Assembly: GCA_963822445.1 (NCBI GenBank)
Contig: CAWGHO010000003.1
Coordinates: forward strand, 32,001 to 96,000
Direction of reading: 5' to 3'
DNA length: 64,000 nt
Source: an uncultured Acidobacteriota bacterium
GTDB taxonomy: Bacteria > Acidobacteriota > Thermoanaerobaculia > Gp7-AA8
In this document: piece by piece, positions 18,438 to 27,774 of the stretch
Position numbering within the stretch: the stretch's first letter is position 1
How the letters are laid out: the number at the start of each line of letters is the position of its first letter
The notes under the pieces: generated by a model
Databases searched by the model: none
What the model was told of the DNA's origin: nothing
The model's input: only the letters and a program-made list of their open reading frames with translations
Translations under genes and position numbers: made by a program

Positions 18438-20338
18438 GGTTCAAAGGCTCAGAGGCGCAAAGGCCCAAAGGCTGGGTCATCACCGCTTTGAGCCTTTGCG
18501 CCTTTGAGCCTTTGAGCCTTGGACAACTTCACGAATCCATCACCGTCACCGCCACCCGCACCGAAACGCGCGTGGCCGACACCCCGGCGAGTGTGGTCGT
18601 ACTGTCGCGCGAGGAGATCGAGAACACGGCGGCGCCGACGATCGATGACGCGCTGCGGCAGGTCGCCGGCTTCACGTTGTTCCGGCGGACGGGGAGCCGC
18701 GTCGCGAATCCGACCTCGCAGGGAGTGACGCTTCGCGGCGTCGGCGCGAGCGGTGCGTCGCGCGCGCTGGTGCTCGATGACGGCGTGCCGCTCAACGATC
18801 CGTTCGGCGGTTGGGTGTACTGGGGACGCGTGCCGCGAGCGTCGCTGCAGCGGGTCGAGGTGCTGCGCGGCGGCGCGTCCGATCTCTACGGCAGCTCGGC
18901 GATGGGCGGGGTCGTTCAGTTCATCCGCCGCAAGTCGCCGGCGCTTTCCGTCGACGTGAGCGCGGGATCGCAGGACACACGCACGTTTTCGTTTTTCGGG
19001 GCGATGCAGCGCGGAATCTGGAACGGCAGCATCGCCGCCGATCTGTTTTCGACAGGCGGCTACACGCTGGTGCGCCAGCAGCGCGGCCGGGTCGACGTCG
19101 ATGCTGACTCCGATCACACCAACGTCGACGTCACGCTACGCCGCAAGCGGGTCTTCCTTCGCGGCTCGCGCTATTCGGAGTCGCGCAGCAACGGCACGCC
19201 GCTGCAGGTGAATGACACGGAGATCTGGCAGGTCTCCGCGGGCGGCGAGATCGGCGCGCTTGCGTTGCGCGCGTACGGAAGCAGGCAGGATTACTTTCAG
19301 ACGTTCTCCGCGGTTGCCGAGGATCGCAACTCCGAGCGGCTCACCGTCGAGCAGGCCGTCCCCTCGCGCGGCTACGGCGGCACGGTGCAGTGGACGAAGC
19401 CGTTCCGCGAGCGCCACGTTTTCGTCGCCGGAGCGGAAGCGCGCGACGTTCGCGGAATGAGCGAGGAGCTGCGCTTCACTGCCGCCGGCACGTTTCGCGT
19501 CGACGCCGGGGGAACGCAGCGAAGCGCCGCGGCCTACATCGAGGATCTCTTCGCGATCACGCCGTCGCTGAGCGTGACCGGCGGCGTCCGCGCGGACTGG
19601 ATTCGCAGCGATGAGGTTTCCGAGGGGCAGGTCAATCCGCGGGTGTCACTCCTGTGGCGGGCGAATGAGGATCTCGCCGTTTCCGCGTCGGGCTACACCG
19701 CCTTCCGCTCGCCGACGCTCAACGAACTGCATCGCGGATTTCGGGTCGGCAACGTGAACACGCTGCCGAACGCGCGTCTCGAATCGGAAAACCTCACCGG
19801 ATTCGAGGTCGGCGCGCGGCTGCGGCATGCGCGGGTCACGCTGTTCTGGATGACCGTGAGTGACGCCATCGCCAACGTCACACTCTCCGCCACCCCGGCC
19901 CTCATCACCCGCCAGCGCCAGAACCTCGGCCGCACCCGCTCGCTCGGCGCGGAGCTCGACGGCGAGTGGCGTTTCCATCGCGACTGGCGAGCATCTGCGA
20001 GCTGGCTGTACGTCGATGCTCGCGTTCGCGATGGCGAGTTGCGCGGGAATCGCGTTCCGCAGGTACCGCGACATCAGGCCACGGCGCAACTGACCTGGAA
20101 AACAGTCGGCGCGCAACTGCGCTGGTCAGCATCGCAATTCGACGACGATCGCAATGAGCTGCCGCTGGCGGGGTTCTTCGTCGCGGACGTGTTTGCGGCG
20201 CATCCGCTCTCGCGCGATCTCGACATCACCGTGGCGATCGAGAACCTGTTCGATGAGACTGTGGAGGCGAGCGCGACGCCGGTGATCACCATCGGGCAGC
20301 CGCGGGCGGCGCGTGTTGGGCTGAGGTTCAATCGCTGA
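18434..20338 (+). CDS. TonB-dependent receptor
   Basis: TonB-box-like ESITVTATR; plug motifs LRG, LVLDDGVPLN, RVEVLRGGASDLYGSSAMGGVV; C-terminal ENLFD...RVGLRF. Confidence 0.9.
   Translation: MRFKGSEAQRPKGWVITALSLCAFEPLSLGQLHESITVTATRTETRVADTPASVVVLSREEIENTAAPTIDDALRQVAGFTLFRRTGSRVANPTSQGVTLRGVGASGASRALVLDDGVPLNDPFGGWVYWGRVPRASLQRVEVLRGGASDLYGSSAMGGVVQFIRRKSPALSVDVSAGSQDTRTFSFFGAMQRGIWNGSIAADLFSTGGYTLVRQQRGRVDVDADSDHTNVDVTLRRKRVFLRGSRYSESRSNGTPLQVNDTEIWQVSAGGEIGALALRAYGSRQDYFQTFSAVAEDRNSERLTVEQAVPSRGYGGTVQWTKPFRERHVFVAGAEARDVRGMSEELRFTAAGTFRVDAGGTQRSAAAYIEDLFAITPSLSVTGGVRADWIRSDEVSEGQVNPRVSLLWRANEDLAVSASGYTAFRSPTLNELHRGFRVGNVNTLPNARLESENLTGFEVGARLRHARVTLFWMTVSDAIANVTLSATPALITRQRQNLGRTRSLGAELDGEWRFHRDWRASASWLYVDARVRDGELRGNRVPQVPRHQATAQLTWKTVGAQLRWSASQFDDDRNELPLAGFFVADVFAAHPLSRDLDITVAIENLFDETVEASATPVITIGQPRAARVGLRFNR
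18441..18523. repeat. Inverted arrays of an 8-mer (nCAAAGGC x4 / GCCTTTGn x4-5)
   Basis: tcaaaggc tcagaggc gcaaaggc ccaaaggc ... gcctttgc gcctttga gcctttga gccttgga. Confidence 0.85.
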
Positions 20339-20347
20339 TGTTCTTTC

Positions 20348-20455
20348 AGTTTATCCCGCGCGAAGACGCGGGATCTCCTGGTGCACGAACGCGAATCGTG
20401 ACGAGCGATCCTGTCGGTGCACTGAGAGATCCCGCGTCTTCGCGCGGGATAAACT
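20348..20455. repeat. 30-bp perfect inverted repeat (REP-pair/MITE-like); possible terminator
   Basis: AGTTTATCCCGCGCGAAGACGCGGGATCTC (20348-20377) and its reverse complement (20426-20455); each arm is itself a hairpin. Confidence 0.85.
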
Positions 20456-20465
20456 AAAAAAAAGC

Positions 20466-20747
20466 ATGGCCTGGAAGATCGAGAAACAAGCAAACGGCAA
20501 GTACGCCGTCTTCTCCACACGACTCAAGGACTACGTGGTCATCGACGCAACGGCCGAGGAGATCCAGCAGATTTACGCGGACAAAGGTGTGAAGGTCTAT
20601 CTCGCCAGCGCGCGGGCGCAGATGGCCAAGGACGTTTCGGTTTCCGCGGATGGCGAGGCGTTGATCGAAGCGAGCCGCAAGCGTGGCGCGCCGCCGAAAG
20701 AGCCGCCCGGACCGATCGGCGCGACGGGATTTTCCGATGACGATTGA
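20466..20747 (+). CDS. Small hypothetical protein
   Basis: 93-aa ORF with coding-like composition, overlapping the start of the next gene. Confidence 0.6.
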   Translation: MAWKIEKQANGKYAVFSTRLKDYVVIDATAEEIQQIYADKGVKVYLASARAQMAKDVSVSADGEALIEASRKRGAPPKEPPGPIGATGFSDDD

Positions 20748-21486
20748 CGTCGATGCTTACCTGGCCCGCATCGGCTACGAAGGCTCGCGCGAGCCCTCGT
20801 CGGAATCTCTGCGCGAGCTTCACATTCGCCACCTGCTCTCCGTCCCCTTCGAGAATCTCGACATTCACTGGAAGCGTCCCATCGTCGTCGACGTCGATCG
20901 CTTTCTGCACAAGATCCTCGAGGAGCGCCGCGGCGGGTTCTGCTACGAGTTGAACGGCGCGTTCGCAGCGTTGCTGCGCGAGCTCGGATTCGACGTGCAG
21001 ATGCTTTCGGCGCGGGTGATGTCCGCTGACGGCAACTTCGGTCCGGAGTTCGATCACATGGCCCTGCTGGTGAACGGCGCGTGGATCGCCGACGTCGGCT
21101 TCGGCGAATCGTCGCTCGTTCCGTTGAACGTCGACGGGACGCCGGAAGGCGGGTACCGCGTGATCGACGGGCAGTATCAGGTAATGCGCGACGGCGAATG
21201 GGTTACGGAGTATCTCTTCACGATGACGCCGCGCGAGCTCGCTGAGTTCGGACCGATGTGCGACTTTCAGCAGACCTCGCCGCTCTCGCCGTTCACGAGA
21301 AAACGGGTGATCACCGTCGCGCGCGAAGACGGGCGGATCACGTTGACCGCGGACAAGTTGATCGAGACGAAGAACGGCGTTCGTCAGGAAACGGCGGTGG
21401 AGGATTGGGAGAAAGCCTTGTGGGAGACGTTCAACGTACGGTGGCCGTCCCGGCCGCCTTCGCCGGGCATCCTGCCCGGCAGGTAG
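20737..21486 (+). CDS. Arylamine N-acetyltransferase
   Basis: DAYLARIG, VPFENLDI, RRGGFCYELNG, H and DVGFG catalytic motifs. Confidence 0.92.
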   Translation: MTIDVDAYLARIGYEGSREPSSESLRELHIRHLLSVPFENLDIHWKRPIVVDVDRFLHKILEERRGGFCYELNGAFAALLRELGFDVQMLSARVMSADGNFGPEFDHMALLVNGAWIADVGFGESSLVPLNVDGTPEGGYRVIDGQYQVMRDGEWVTEYLFTMTPRELAEFGPMCDFQQTSPLSPFTRKRVITVAREDGRITLTADKLIETKNGVRQETAVEDWEKALWETFNVRWPSRPPSPGILPGR

Positions 21487-21534
21487 CGCGGAGCGGGACG
21501 CTCCGCGCGAGGCGGGCGGGACGCCCGCCGTACG
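21435..21534. repeat. About 100-bp multi-hairpin palindromic element (CGTACGG...CCGTACG)
   Basis: Self-complementary ends; internal GCCGGGCATCCTGCCCGGC; second copy at 37027-37127. Confidence 0.85.
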
Positions 21535-22737
21535 TCAGACCCGCCGGCGCGTCTTCGTAGGCTTCTTCTCCAGCTCTTCCCACGGCTCGACGCCGGGCAC
21601 CGTGCAGCGCGGGATCCTTTCGCCGAGGGTCTCTTCGATCTTCGCGACCATGGGCAGGTCCTGCCAGGTGGCGATCGTCGAGACGATTCCGATCGCGCTG
21701 CCGCGGGCCGTGCGGCCGGCGCGGTGCACGTAATCGTCGGTGTTCTCGGGGATGTCGAAGTTGATGACCTGCTGGATGCCGGGGATGTCGATGCCGCGGC
21801 CGGCGATGTCCGTGGCCACGAGAATGCGATGTTCGCCGGCGCGGAAGGTCTTCAGCGCATCGACGCGCTTGCCCTGGGACTGATCGGCGTGGATGCGCGC
21901 CACGGGATGCCCCTGCCGTTCGAGGATGTGGAACAGCCACTCCGCATCGACCTTGCGCCGCGTGAAGACGAGCGTGGATCCGAGCTCCTGGTGCAGCAAC
22001 GCGAGCAGCGCGTTGCGCTTGTCCGCTTCCTTCACCAGATACACCCGGTGCGTGATCCCCTCGGCCGCCACGCCCACGGGCATGATGTCGATGCGCACCG
22101 GCTCGCGCATGAAGTCGCGGGCGATCATCTCGATCGAATCGGGCATGGTCGCGGAGAACATCAGCGTCTGCCGGTCGCGCGGAACGCGGCGGAGAATCTC
22201 CCGGATCTGCGGGAGGAATCCGAGGTCGAGCATGTGGTCGGCTTCGTCGAGGACGAGCATCTCGATCTTGTCGATGCTCGCCGTACGCCGCTTGACGTGA
22301 TCCATGAGCCGGCCGGGCGTGGCCACGATGATGTCCGGGCCCGCGCGGAGCTCATCGAGCTGCGGCTTCATCTTCACGCCGCCGATGAGACAAGCGGTCT
22401 TGAGGTCGTGATGCTTGCCGAAGAGATCGAGAAAGGCCTTGGTCTGCAGGGCGATCTCGCGCGTCGGCGCGAGGATCAGTCCGCGGACGCCGCGTCCGTG
22501 CACGAGCTTCTCGGCCAGCGGCAGGACGAACGCGGCGGTCTTGCCCGAGCCGGTCTGGGCGAGGCCGATGGCGTCCTTGCCGGTCAGGGCGGTGGGGATG
22601 ATGGCGGCCTGAATCGGCGTGGGATGCTCGAACCCGATTTTCTCGACGGTCGAGACGATCTCGGCGCTGAGGCCGAGGTTTGAAAAGCTTTTGTCGGTCG
22701 TGGCGACCGGGTGTTGTGGGATGGCTGCGTTGAACAT
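21535..22737 (-). CDS. DEAD-box RNA helicase (RhlE-like)
   Basis: Q motif, AQTGSGKT, PTRE, TPGR, DEAD, SAT, HRAGRTAR. Confidence 0.95.
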   Translation of the reverse strand: MFNAAIPQHPVATTDKSFSNLGLSAEIVSTVEKIGFEHPTPIQAAIIPTALTGKDAIGLAQTGSGKTAAFVLPLAEKLVHGRGVRGLILAPTREIALQTKAFLDLFGKHHDLKTACLIGGVKMKPQLDELRAGPDIIVATPGRLMDHVKRRTASIDKIEMLVLDEADHMLDLGFLPQIREILRRVPRDRQTLMFSATMPDSIEMIARDFMREPVRIDIMPVGVAAEGITHRVYLVKEADKRNALLALLHQELGSTLVFTRRKVDAEWLFHILERQGHPVARIHADQSQGKRVDALKTFRAGEHRILVATDIAGRGIDIPGIQQVINFDIPENTDDYVHRAGRTARGSAIGIVSTIATWQDLPMVAKIEETLGERIPRCTVPGVEPWEELEKKPTKTRRRV

Positions 22738-22818
22738 TTCTCTCTATATCTGCGCTGTCGATCTTGATCCGCACTGGTGCCCGAGGCTTTGCCAATCAGC
22801 GCTGCGGGCCGTGCCCGC

Positions 22819-23178
22819 CTATTTGAAGACTCTCACATAAATCGCCAGATTGAGCAGGAGGACGAAGGCGCCGATGGCGATCTCCAGCCCCCGCGTCAGC
22901 CCGGCAGGGTAAATGATCGGCATGATGTAGTGGGCTACGAATCCGGTGTCGTACCCGGCCCGCCCCGCCGCCCGGATGAAATGGTTCTCCCACTTCGTGA
23001 GCGGACACCACCACCCCGCGAACTCGATCAGCACGCCCCAGATCGCCGCCGGGATATGCACCCACATCAGCTTCGGCCAGCGGAGGACGAGAAACCCGCC
23101 GAGTAAGACAAAGATGATGAAGGCGAGGTGGAGGAGCGCGATCGCGGTTGCGGCGAGGTTGTAGGACATTTGCTTCAT
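22819..23178 (-). CDS. DUF2784 family membrane protein
   Basis: HLAFIIFVLLGG...WVHIPA...WWCPLTKWEN...GFVAHYI. Confidence 0.8.
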   Translation of the reverse strand: MKQMSYNLAATAIALLHLAFIIFVLLGGFLVLRWPKLMWVHIPAAIWGVLIEFAGWWCPLTKWENHFIRAAGRAGYDTGFVAHYIMPIIYPAGLTRGLEIAIGAFVLLLNLAIYVRVFK

Positions 23179-23239
23179 TCGCGTGCTGAACGAGGTAGGC
23201 CGGAGGCCCACACTACACGACTCCCTATAATGCCCGCCG

Positions 23240-24967
23240 ATGAAACGGTCCCTTCCCCTGGTTCTCTTCCTGTTTGCGCTCGGATGCGCGAGTGTGGCGC
23301 CGCCGCCGGCCGCCGGTCCGGTGCACGTCGTTCTGGTCCACACCACCGACGTTCATGGCTGGTTCAACGGTCATGCGGAGGCCCCTCCGGGCGGCGGGCC
23401 GGGGGTCATCTGGGGTGGTCTGCCGACGCTGGCCAGCTACATCGAGATCCTTCGCAAGGTCCATGACGACCGGGTGATCGTCGTCGATTCCGGGGATATG
23501 TTTCAGGGCACGCTGGAGTCGAATCTGTTCGAAGGGGCGGCGGTCGTCCGCGGCTACAACCGCATCGGCTACGCCGCGGCCGCGGTTGGAAATCACGAAT
23601 TCGACTACGGGCCTCTCGGCGAAGACGTCGTCGCCCGCAAGCCCGGCGACGACCCCCTCGGCGCCCTCAAGCGCAACACCGAGCTGGCCATGTTCCCCTT
23701 TCTGTCCGCGAACATGGTCGAGAAATCGACCGGCCAGGTTCCCGCCTGGGCGAAGCCGTACACGATCGTCAATCGTGGCGGCGCAAAGATCGGCATCATC
23801 GGTCTCTCCACTCCCGACACGCCGAACGTGACCATGGCCGCGAACGTGATCACGCTCTCCTTCACCGATCCGATCACCGCGACCATCGATGCCGCGAAAG
23901 ATCTGCGCGAGCAGGGCGTCGACGCGGTCATCGTCATCGCCCACATGGGCGGCCGCTGCACGAAGTTCGACGACCCGCACAACGTCGACTCCTGCGAGCA
24001 GGAGCACGAGGCCATGAAGTACCTGCGCGGCCTGCCCCCGGGCACGATCGACGCGTTTTTCGCGGGCCACACCCACGCCCGCATGGCCCACTACGTCGAC
24101 GGCGTCCCGGCCATGCAGGGGCTCGCGCTGAGCCGCGAGTTCTCGACGCTCGAGCTCTGGATCGACACGCAGAACGACAAGGTCACGAAGAGCGAGATCC
24201 GCCCGCACACGATGATCTGCTCGTTCGTCTACGAGGGAACGGAGGAGTGCGATCCGCGGAGCGGGGCAGGCAAGAAACTCGTTCCGCGTGTCTTTCACGG
24301 CACGACCGTCGAGCCGGATCGCCGCGTCGCGGTCGCCCTCGAGCCTTACCTCAAACAGGTTGCCGCGAAGCGCGAGCAGAAGCTCGGGATCAAAGTCGCG
24401 ACGCTCTTCACGCGCAGCTACTCCGGCGAGTCGCCGCTCGGCAATCTTCTCGCGGACGCCATCCGCGAAGGCACGGAGAGCGACATCGGCTTCATGAACT
24501 CCGGCGGCATCCGCGCGGATCTCGTGGCCGGCGATCTCGTGTACGGCGACATCTTCGCCGTCAGCCCGTTCGACAACTTCCCCGCTGTCGTGACGATGAC
24601 CGGCAGGCAGGTTCGCGATTTCCTCCTGGCCACGACCACGGGCACGCGCGGGATCATGCAGGTCAGCGGGCTTCGCTACGTGGTCGACGCTTCAAAGGAG
24701 GGAGATGCGCGGCTCATCTCCGCCACGCTGCCGAGCGGCGAGGAGTTGCAGATCGGCAAGACCTACAAAGTGGCCATGCCTGATTTCGTGGCCGGCGGCG
24801 GCGATGGAACGCAGGACGTGATGAAGGACGTGGGCACGGCGAACGTGCAGATCTACTTCGCGAACCCGATCCGCGACGTGGTCATCGACATCCTGAAGAA
24901 GAGAAGCCAGCCGCTGGTGCCGAAGACGGAAGGGCGGATCACGATCCTGAACTTGCCGCCAAGGTAG
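23240..24967 (+). CDS. Bifunctional UDP-sugar hydrolase/5'-nucleotidase, lipoprotein
   Basis: Lipobox ALGC; HTTDVHG, DSGDMFQG, GNHEFD, AGHTH, NSGGIR. Confidence 0.92.
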   Translation: MKRSLPLVLFLFALGCASVAPPPAAGPVHVVLVHTTDVHGWFNGHAEAPPGGGPGVIWGGLPTLASYIEILRKVHDDRVIVVDSGDMFQGTLESNLFEGAAVVRGYNRIGYAAAAVGNHEFDYGPLGEDVVARKPGDDPLGALKRNTELAMFPFLSANMVEKSTGQVPAWAKPYTIVNRGGAKIGIIGLSTPDTPNVTMAANVITLSFTDPITATIDAAKDLREQGVDAVIVIAHMGGRCTKFDDPHNVDSCEQEHEAMKYLRGLPPGTIDAFFAGHTHARMAHYVDGVPAMQGLALSREFSTLELWIDTQNDKVTKSEIRPHTMICSFVYEGTEECDPRSGAGKKLVPRVFHGTTVEPDRRVAVALEPYLKQVAAKREQKLGIKVATLFTRSYSGESPLGNLLADAIREGTESDIGFMNSGGIRADLVAGDLVYGDIFAVSPFDNFPAVVTMTGRQVRDFLLATTTGTRGIMQVSGLRYVVDASKEGDARLISATLPSGEELQIGKTYKVAMPDFVAGGGDGTQDVMKDVGTANVQIYFANPIRDVVIDILKKRSQPLVPKTEGRITILNLPPR

Positions 24968-25535
24968 CGCGTTCGCGAACGCGCTTCACGACCTGCCAGA
25001 GCGCGAAGACGAGAATGGCCAGGGCGATGGGGACGATGACCGGCGCGAAGATGGCGATGATCGACAGCACGAACGCCAAAACATCTTCGGCCAGCGAGAT
25101 GAACGGATTCGCGCAGCCGAACGTCGCCGCCGATGACGCGACGCGCGTCCCTGCCTTCAGCGTGTGAAAGCCGAGCGAGGCCGGTGCGCCGACCATGATT
25201 CCCACCAGCGCCGCGACGGTGGGATCGAGACCGGTGAGTACCGATGCTGACGCGACCGCGCCGGCAACGGGCCGCACGAACGTGCCGATGGAATCGAGGA
25301 AGTGATCGACCGCGGGGACTTTGTCGGCGACGAGCTCCGCGATGCACGCGACGATGAGCACGATGATCGCGACGTCGGAGGAGAGCCACTCGAAGCGCTC
25401 GCCGAGGGAGATGCCGGCGATCTGAAACTTCGCCGCTGCCGCGAGCAGGAGCAGCGGCAGAAAGGTATTCAGACCGGTCGAGGCGGAGAGCCCGAGGCCG
25501 AGGAGAAGCGCGAGAATCAGGCTGCCTGTTTCCAC
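24939..25535 (-). CDS. DUF4126 family membrane protein
   Basis: GLSASTGLNTFLPLL...ELVADKVPAVDHFLD...RPVAGA...SLAED; GTG start inferred. Confidence 0.8.
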   Translation of the reverse strand: METGSLILALLLGLGLSASTGLNTFLPLLLLAAAAKFQIAGISLGERFEWLSSDVAIIVLIVACIAELVADKVPAVDHFLDSIGTFVRPVAGAVASASVLTGLDPTVAALVGIMVGAPASLGFHTLKAGTRVASSAATFGCANPFISLAEDVLAFVLSIIAIFAPVIVPIALAILVFALWQVVKRVRERATLAASSGS

Positions 25536-26524
25536 CGTGCTACTCCCAACTCGATCTGCCTGTGCAGAAAGTCCCGGAACTCGATCCCGGCTACGCGCAG
25601 CTCCTGGGGAACGAGCGAGGTGACGGTCAGTCCGGGGAGGGTGTTGGTCTCGAGATAGTAGATGTCGTCGCCGTCGACGAGCATGTCCGTGCGGGAGTAA
25701 CCCTCGCATCCGAGGCCGGTGTGCGCGGCGACGGCGACGGCTTGTGCGGCGCCGGCCAGGTCATCGGAAATGTTGGCGGGGCAGATCTCGCGCGTGCCGC
25801 TGCCGAGGTACTTGCCGGCGTAGTCGAATTCGCGGCCGGGATCGACTTCGATCTCGATCACGGCCAGCGCTTGCGGCCCGGAGCCGTCGTCGATCACGCC
25901 GCAGGTCAGCTCACGGCCGCTGATGAACTGCTCGACCATGTAGGGCACGCGGATGTCGGGAATGGGATCGTTCCGGCCGATGAAGAAGAGGCCGCGGCTC
26001 GATCCGCCGGCCACCGGTTTGAGGACGACGCGCTCGTGACGCTCGAGCATGTCCTCGACGACGGCCTGCAGCTCCTGGGCATTGCGCGCGTTCCGCGATT
26101 CGGCCACGCGGACTCTTCCCGCGAGCGCTTCCTTTGTGCGTGTTTTGTCGAAGGCGATCGCACTCGTCTCCGCGCCGGAGCCGGTGAACGGAATCCCCCG
26201 CTTCTCGAACATGGCCTGGAGCGTCCCGTCCTCGCCGCCGGTGCCATGCAGGGCGAGCAGGAAGACCGGGTTCTCGACAGGCAACGCGTCGAGAGCCATC
26301 TCGATGTCCTGAAAAATCGCCGGCCGCGCCGGAACGAAATCGATCTCGAACGGCCGCTGGTGGCCGAGCAGATCGTCGACGGAAACGTCGTGAATGCCCC
26401 CCTCCGGAGCCCAGAACCAGGCCAGAGGTTTATCGAGGGCGCGAACGATGGCCTGAGCCGAAGCGACGGAGACGTGGCGCTCGTCGGATGGGCCGCCAAA
26501 GAGGACGATGATGGTGTGGTTCAC
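25517..26524 (-). CDS. D-alanine--D-alanine ligase family (ATP-grasp)
   Basis: VLFGGPSDERHVS, ALHGTGGEDG, KPVAGGSS, FDYAGKY, ETNTLPGLT; GTG start inferred. Confidence 0.88.
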   Translation of the reverse strand: MNHTIIVLFGGPSDERHVSVASAQAIVRALDKPLAWFWAPEGGIHDVSVDDLLGHQRPFEIDFVPARPAIFQDIEMALDALPVENPVFLLALHGTGGEDGTLQAMFEKRGIPFTGSGAETSAIAFDKTRTKEALAGRVRVAESRNARNAQELQAVVEDMLERHERVVLKPVAGGSSRGLFFIGRNDPIPDIRVPYMVEQFISGRELTCGVIDDGSGPQALAVIEIEVDPGREFDYAGKYLGSGTREICPANISDDLAGAAQAVAVAAHTGLGCEGYSRTDMLVDGDDIYYLETNTLPGLTVTSLVPQELRVAGIEFRDFLHRQIELGVARWKQAA

Positions 26525-26552
26525 GGGTGGGGGATGGTGCAATCTAACTGCC

Positions 26553-26638
26553 GTTACGAGGTTACGGGGTTTCGGGGTTACGAGGTTTTTCTCCTTACCT
26601 CGTAACCCCGAAACCCCGTAACCCCGAAACCCCGAAAC
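26553..26638. repeat. Inverted arrays of the 8-mer GTTWCGRG / CYCGWAAC
   Basis: 4 forward units (26553-26584) and 5 reverse-complement units (26599-26638). Confidence 0.9.
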
Positions 26639-27267
26639 TAGTATTTCTGCCCACACTCCGGACAGAACTTCGGCGTCCCCTCCGCCTCATGCCCGCACTC
26701 CGCGCAGCCGCGTTTGGCTTGCAGGGTGTGGCCGCATTCGTGGCAGAACTTGCCGCCTTGCGTTTTCACGCCGCACTCGGGGCAGACCGCCCCGCTGATG
26801 GTCTTGATGTCGCGTTGCTTGGTCCAGTCGACGGTGCGCGCTTTCTCGTGAATCTGTTCGCGCGCGGCGTCGGCCTGGGCGGCGGCCATCTCTTCGTCGA
26901 GGTCCGGCGCGCAGGTCTCGCAGAGGCCGGCTTTCTTGTTCCAGCAGATCGGCTGGCAGACCCAGTTGCCGCAGCGCGTGCACTGCTTGAAGGTCGGCGC
27001 GATCTCGGTGACGGCGTCTTTCAGCGCGGAATCATGGGCGGGCCCGCCGACGGCCTGCTGCACCTCGTACGCACTGTCCGCGACGCGGCCGAACACGCCG
27101 CCTAACAGCCCGCCCGCGACGCGCGCGGCCGAGCCGAGCATGCCCATCTTCGAGGTCTGGAAGCTGGACATGTACCCGTTGTGGCACTTCTCGCAATAGA
27201 ACTTGAACTGGTACCCGCGATCGGTGGAGAGGTCGTCGTAGTTTCCGGTGAAGGGTATGGATGGCAT
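26638..27267 (-). CDS. Multi zinc-ribbon protein
   Basis: Many CxxC pairs (CEKC, CTRC, CETC, CPEC, CHEC, CAEC, CPEC); start MPSIPF. Confidence 0.8.
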   Translation of the reverse strand: MPSIPFTGNYDDLSTDRGYQFKFYCEKCHNGYMSSFQTSKMGMLGSAARVAGGLLGGVFGRVADSAYEVQQAVGGPAHDSALKDAVTEIAPTFKQCTRCGNWVCQPICWNKKAGLCETCAPDLDEEMAAAQADAAREQIHEKARTVDWTKQRDIKTISGAVCPECGVKTQGGKFCHECGHTLQAKRGCAECGHEAEGTPKFCPECGQKY

Positions 27268-27291
27268 ACGGCGAATTATCGTCGGTGACGC

Positions 27292-27774
27292 TTGGCTCGG
27301 CAACGCTTCGCGCGGTTTAGAATCCGACCCTTGCGTCGCGTTGCCGGTTTTCTTTCGGTTCTGACCATCGCCGCGTGTGTGTTGCCCGCGGCTCCTTCGA
27401 CCATCCGGGAATTGGCTTCCCGCGCGCGGTTTGCCACCGCGCTCCTGCCCGCGTCCGAAGCTGAGCGCCGGGTCATGGTGCTGGGATGGCCGGAACGGAT
27501 CGCCACGGAACTGCAAAAACTCGATTCCAGAGAGCCGATCGATTTCGTGATGCTCGATCCTGCCGCGCGCGACCTGGCCGTATTCACCGCGGGACTCGTC
27601 GCCCCGCGGCCGGCCCGGCTCTTCGAGGGCCGCGCGGAGTGGGAGCAGCGGAAGCCGGCGATCCTCTTTCGTGATGACCGCGCCGCGAACGCCGTTCCGG
27701 CTCCGCCGACCAGCAAGGCCGCGACGGTCGTCTTGATCGATTCCCGCCGCGAGCCGCCGATGTGGATCGAATGA
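27292..27774 (+). CDS. Hypothetical protein (start uncertain)
   Basis: ORF with an N-terminal hydrophobic segment; stop overlaps the next ATG. Confidence 0.45.
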   Translation: MARQRFARFRIRPLRRVAGFLSVLTIAACVLPAAPSTIRELASRARFATALLPASEAERRVMVLGWPERIATELQKLDSREPIDFVMLDPAARDLAVFTAGLVAPRPARLFEGRAEWEQRKPAILFRDDRAANAVPAPPTSKAATVVLIDSRREPPMWIE

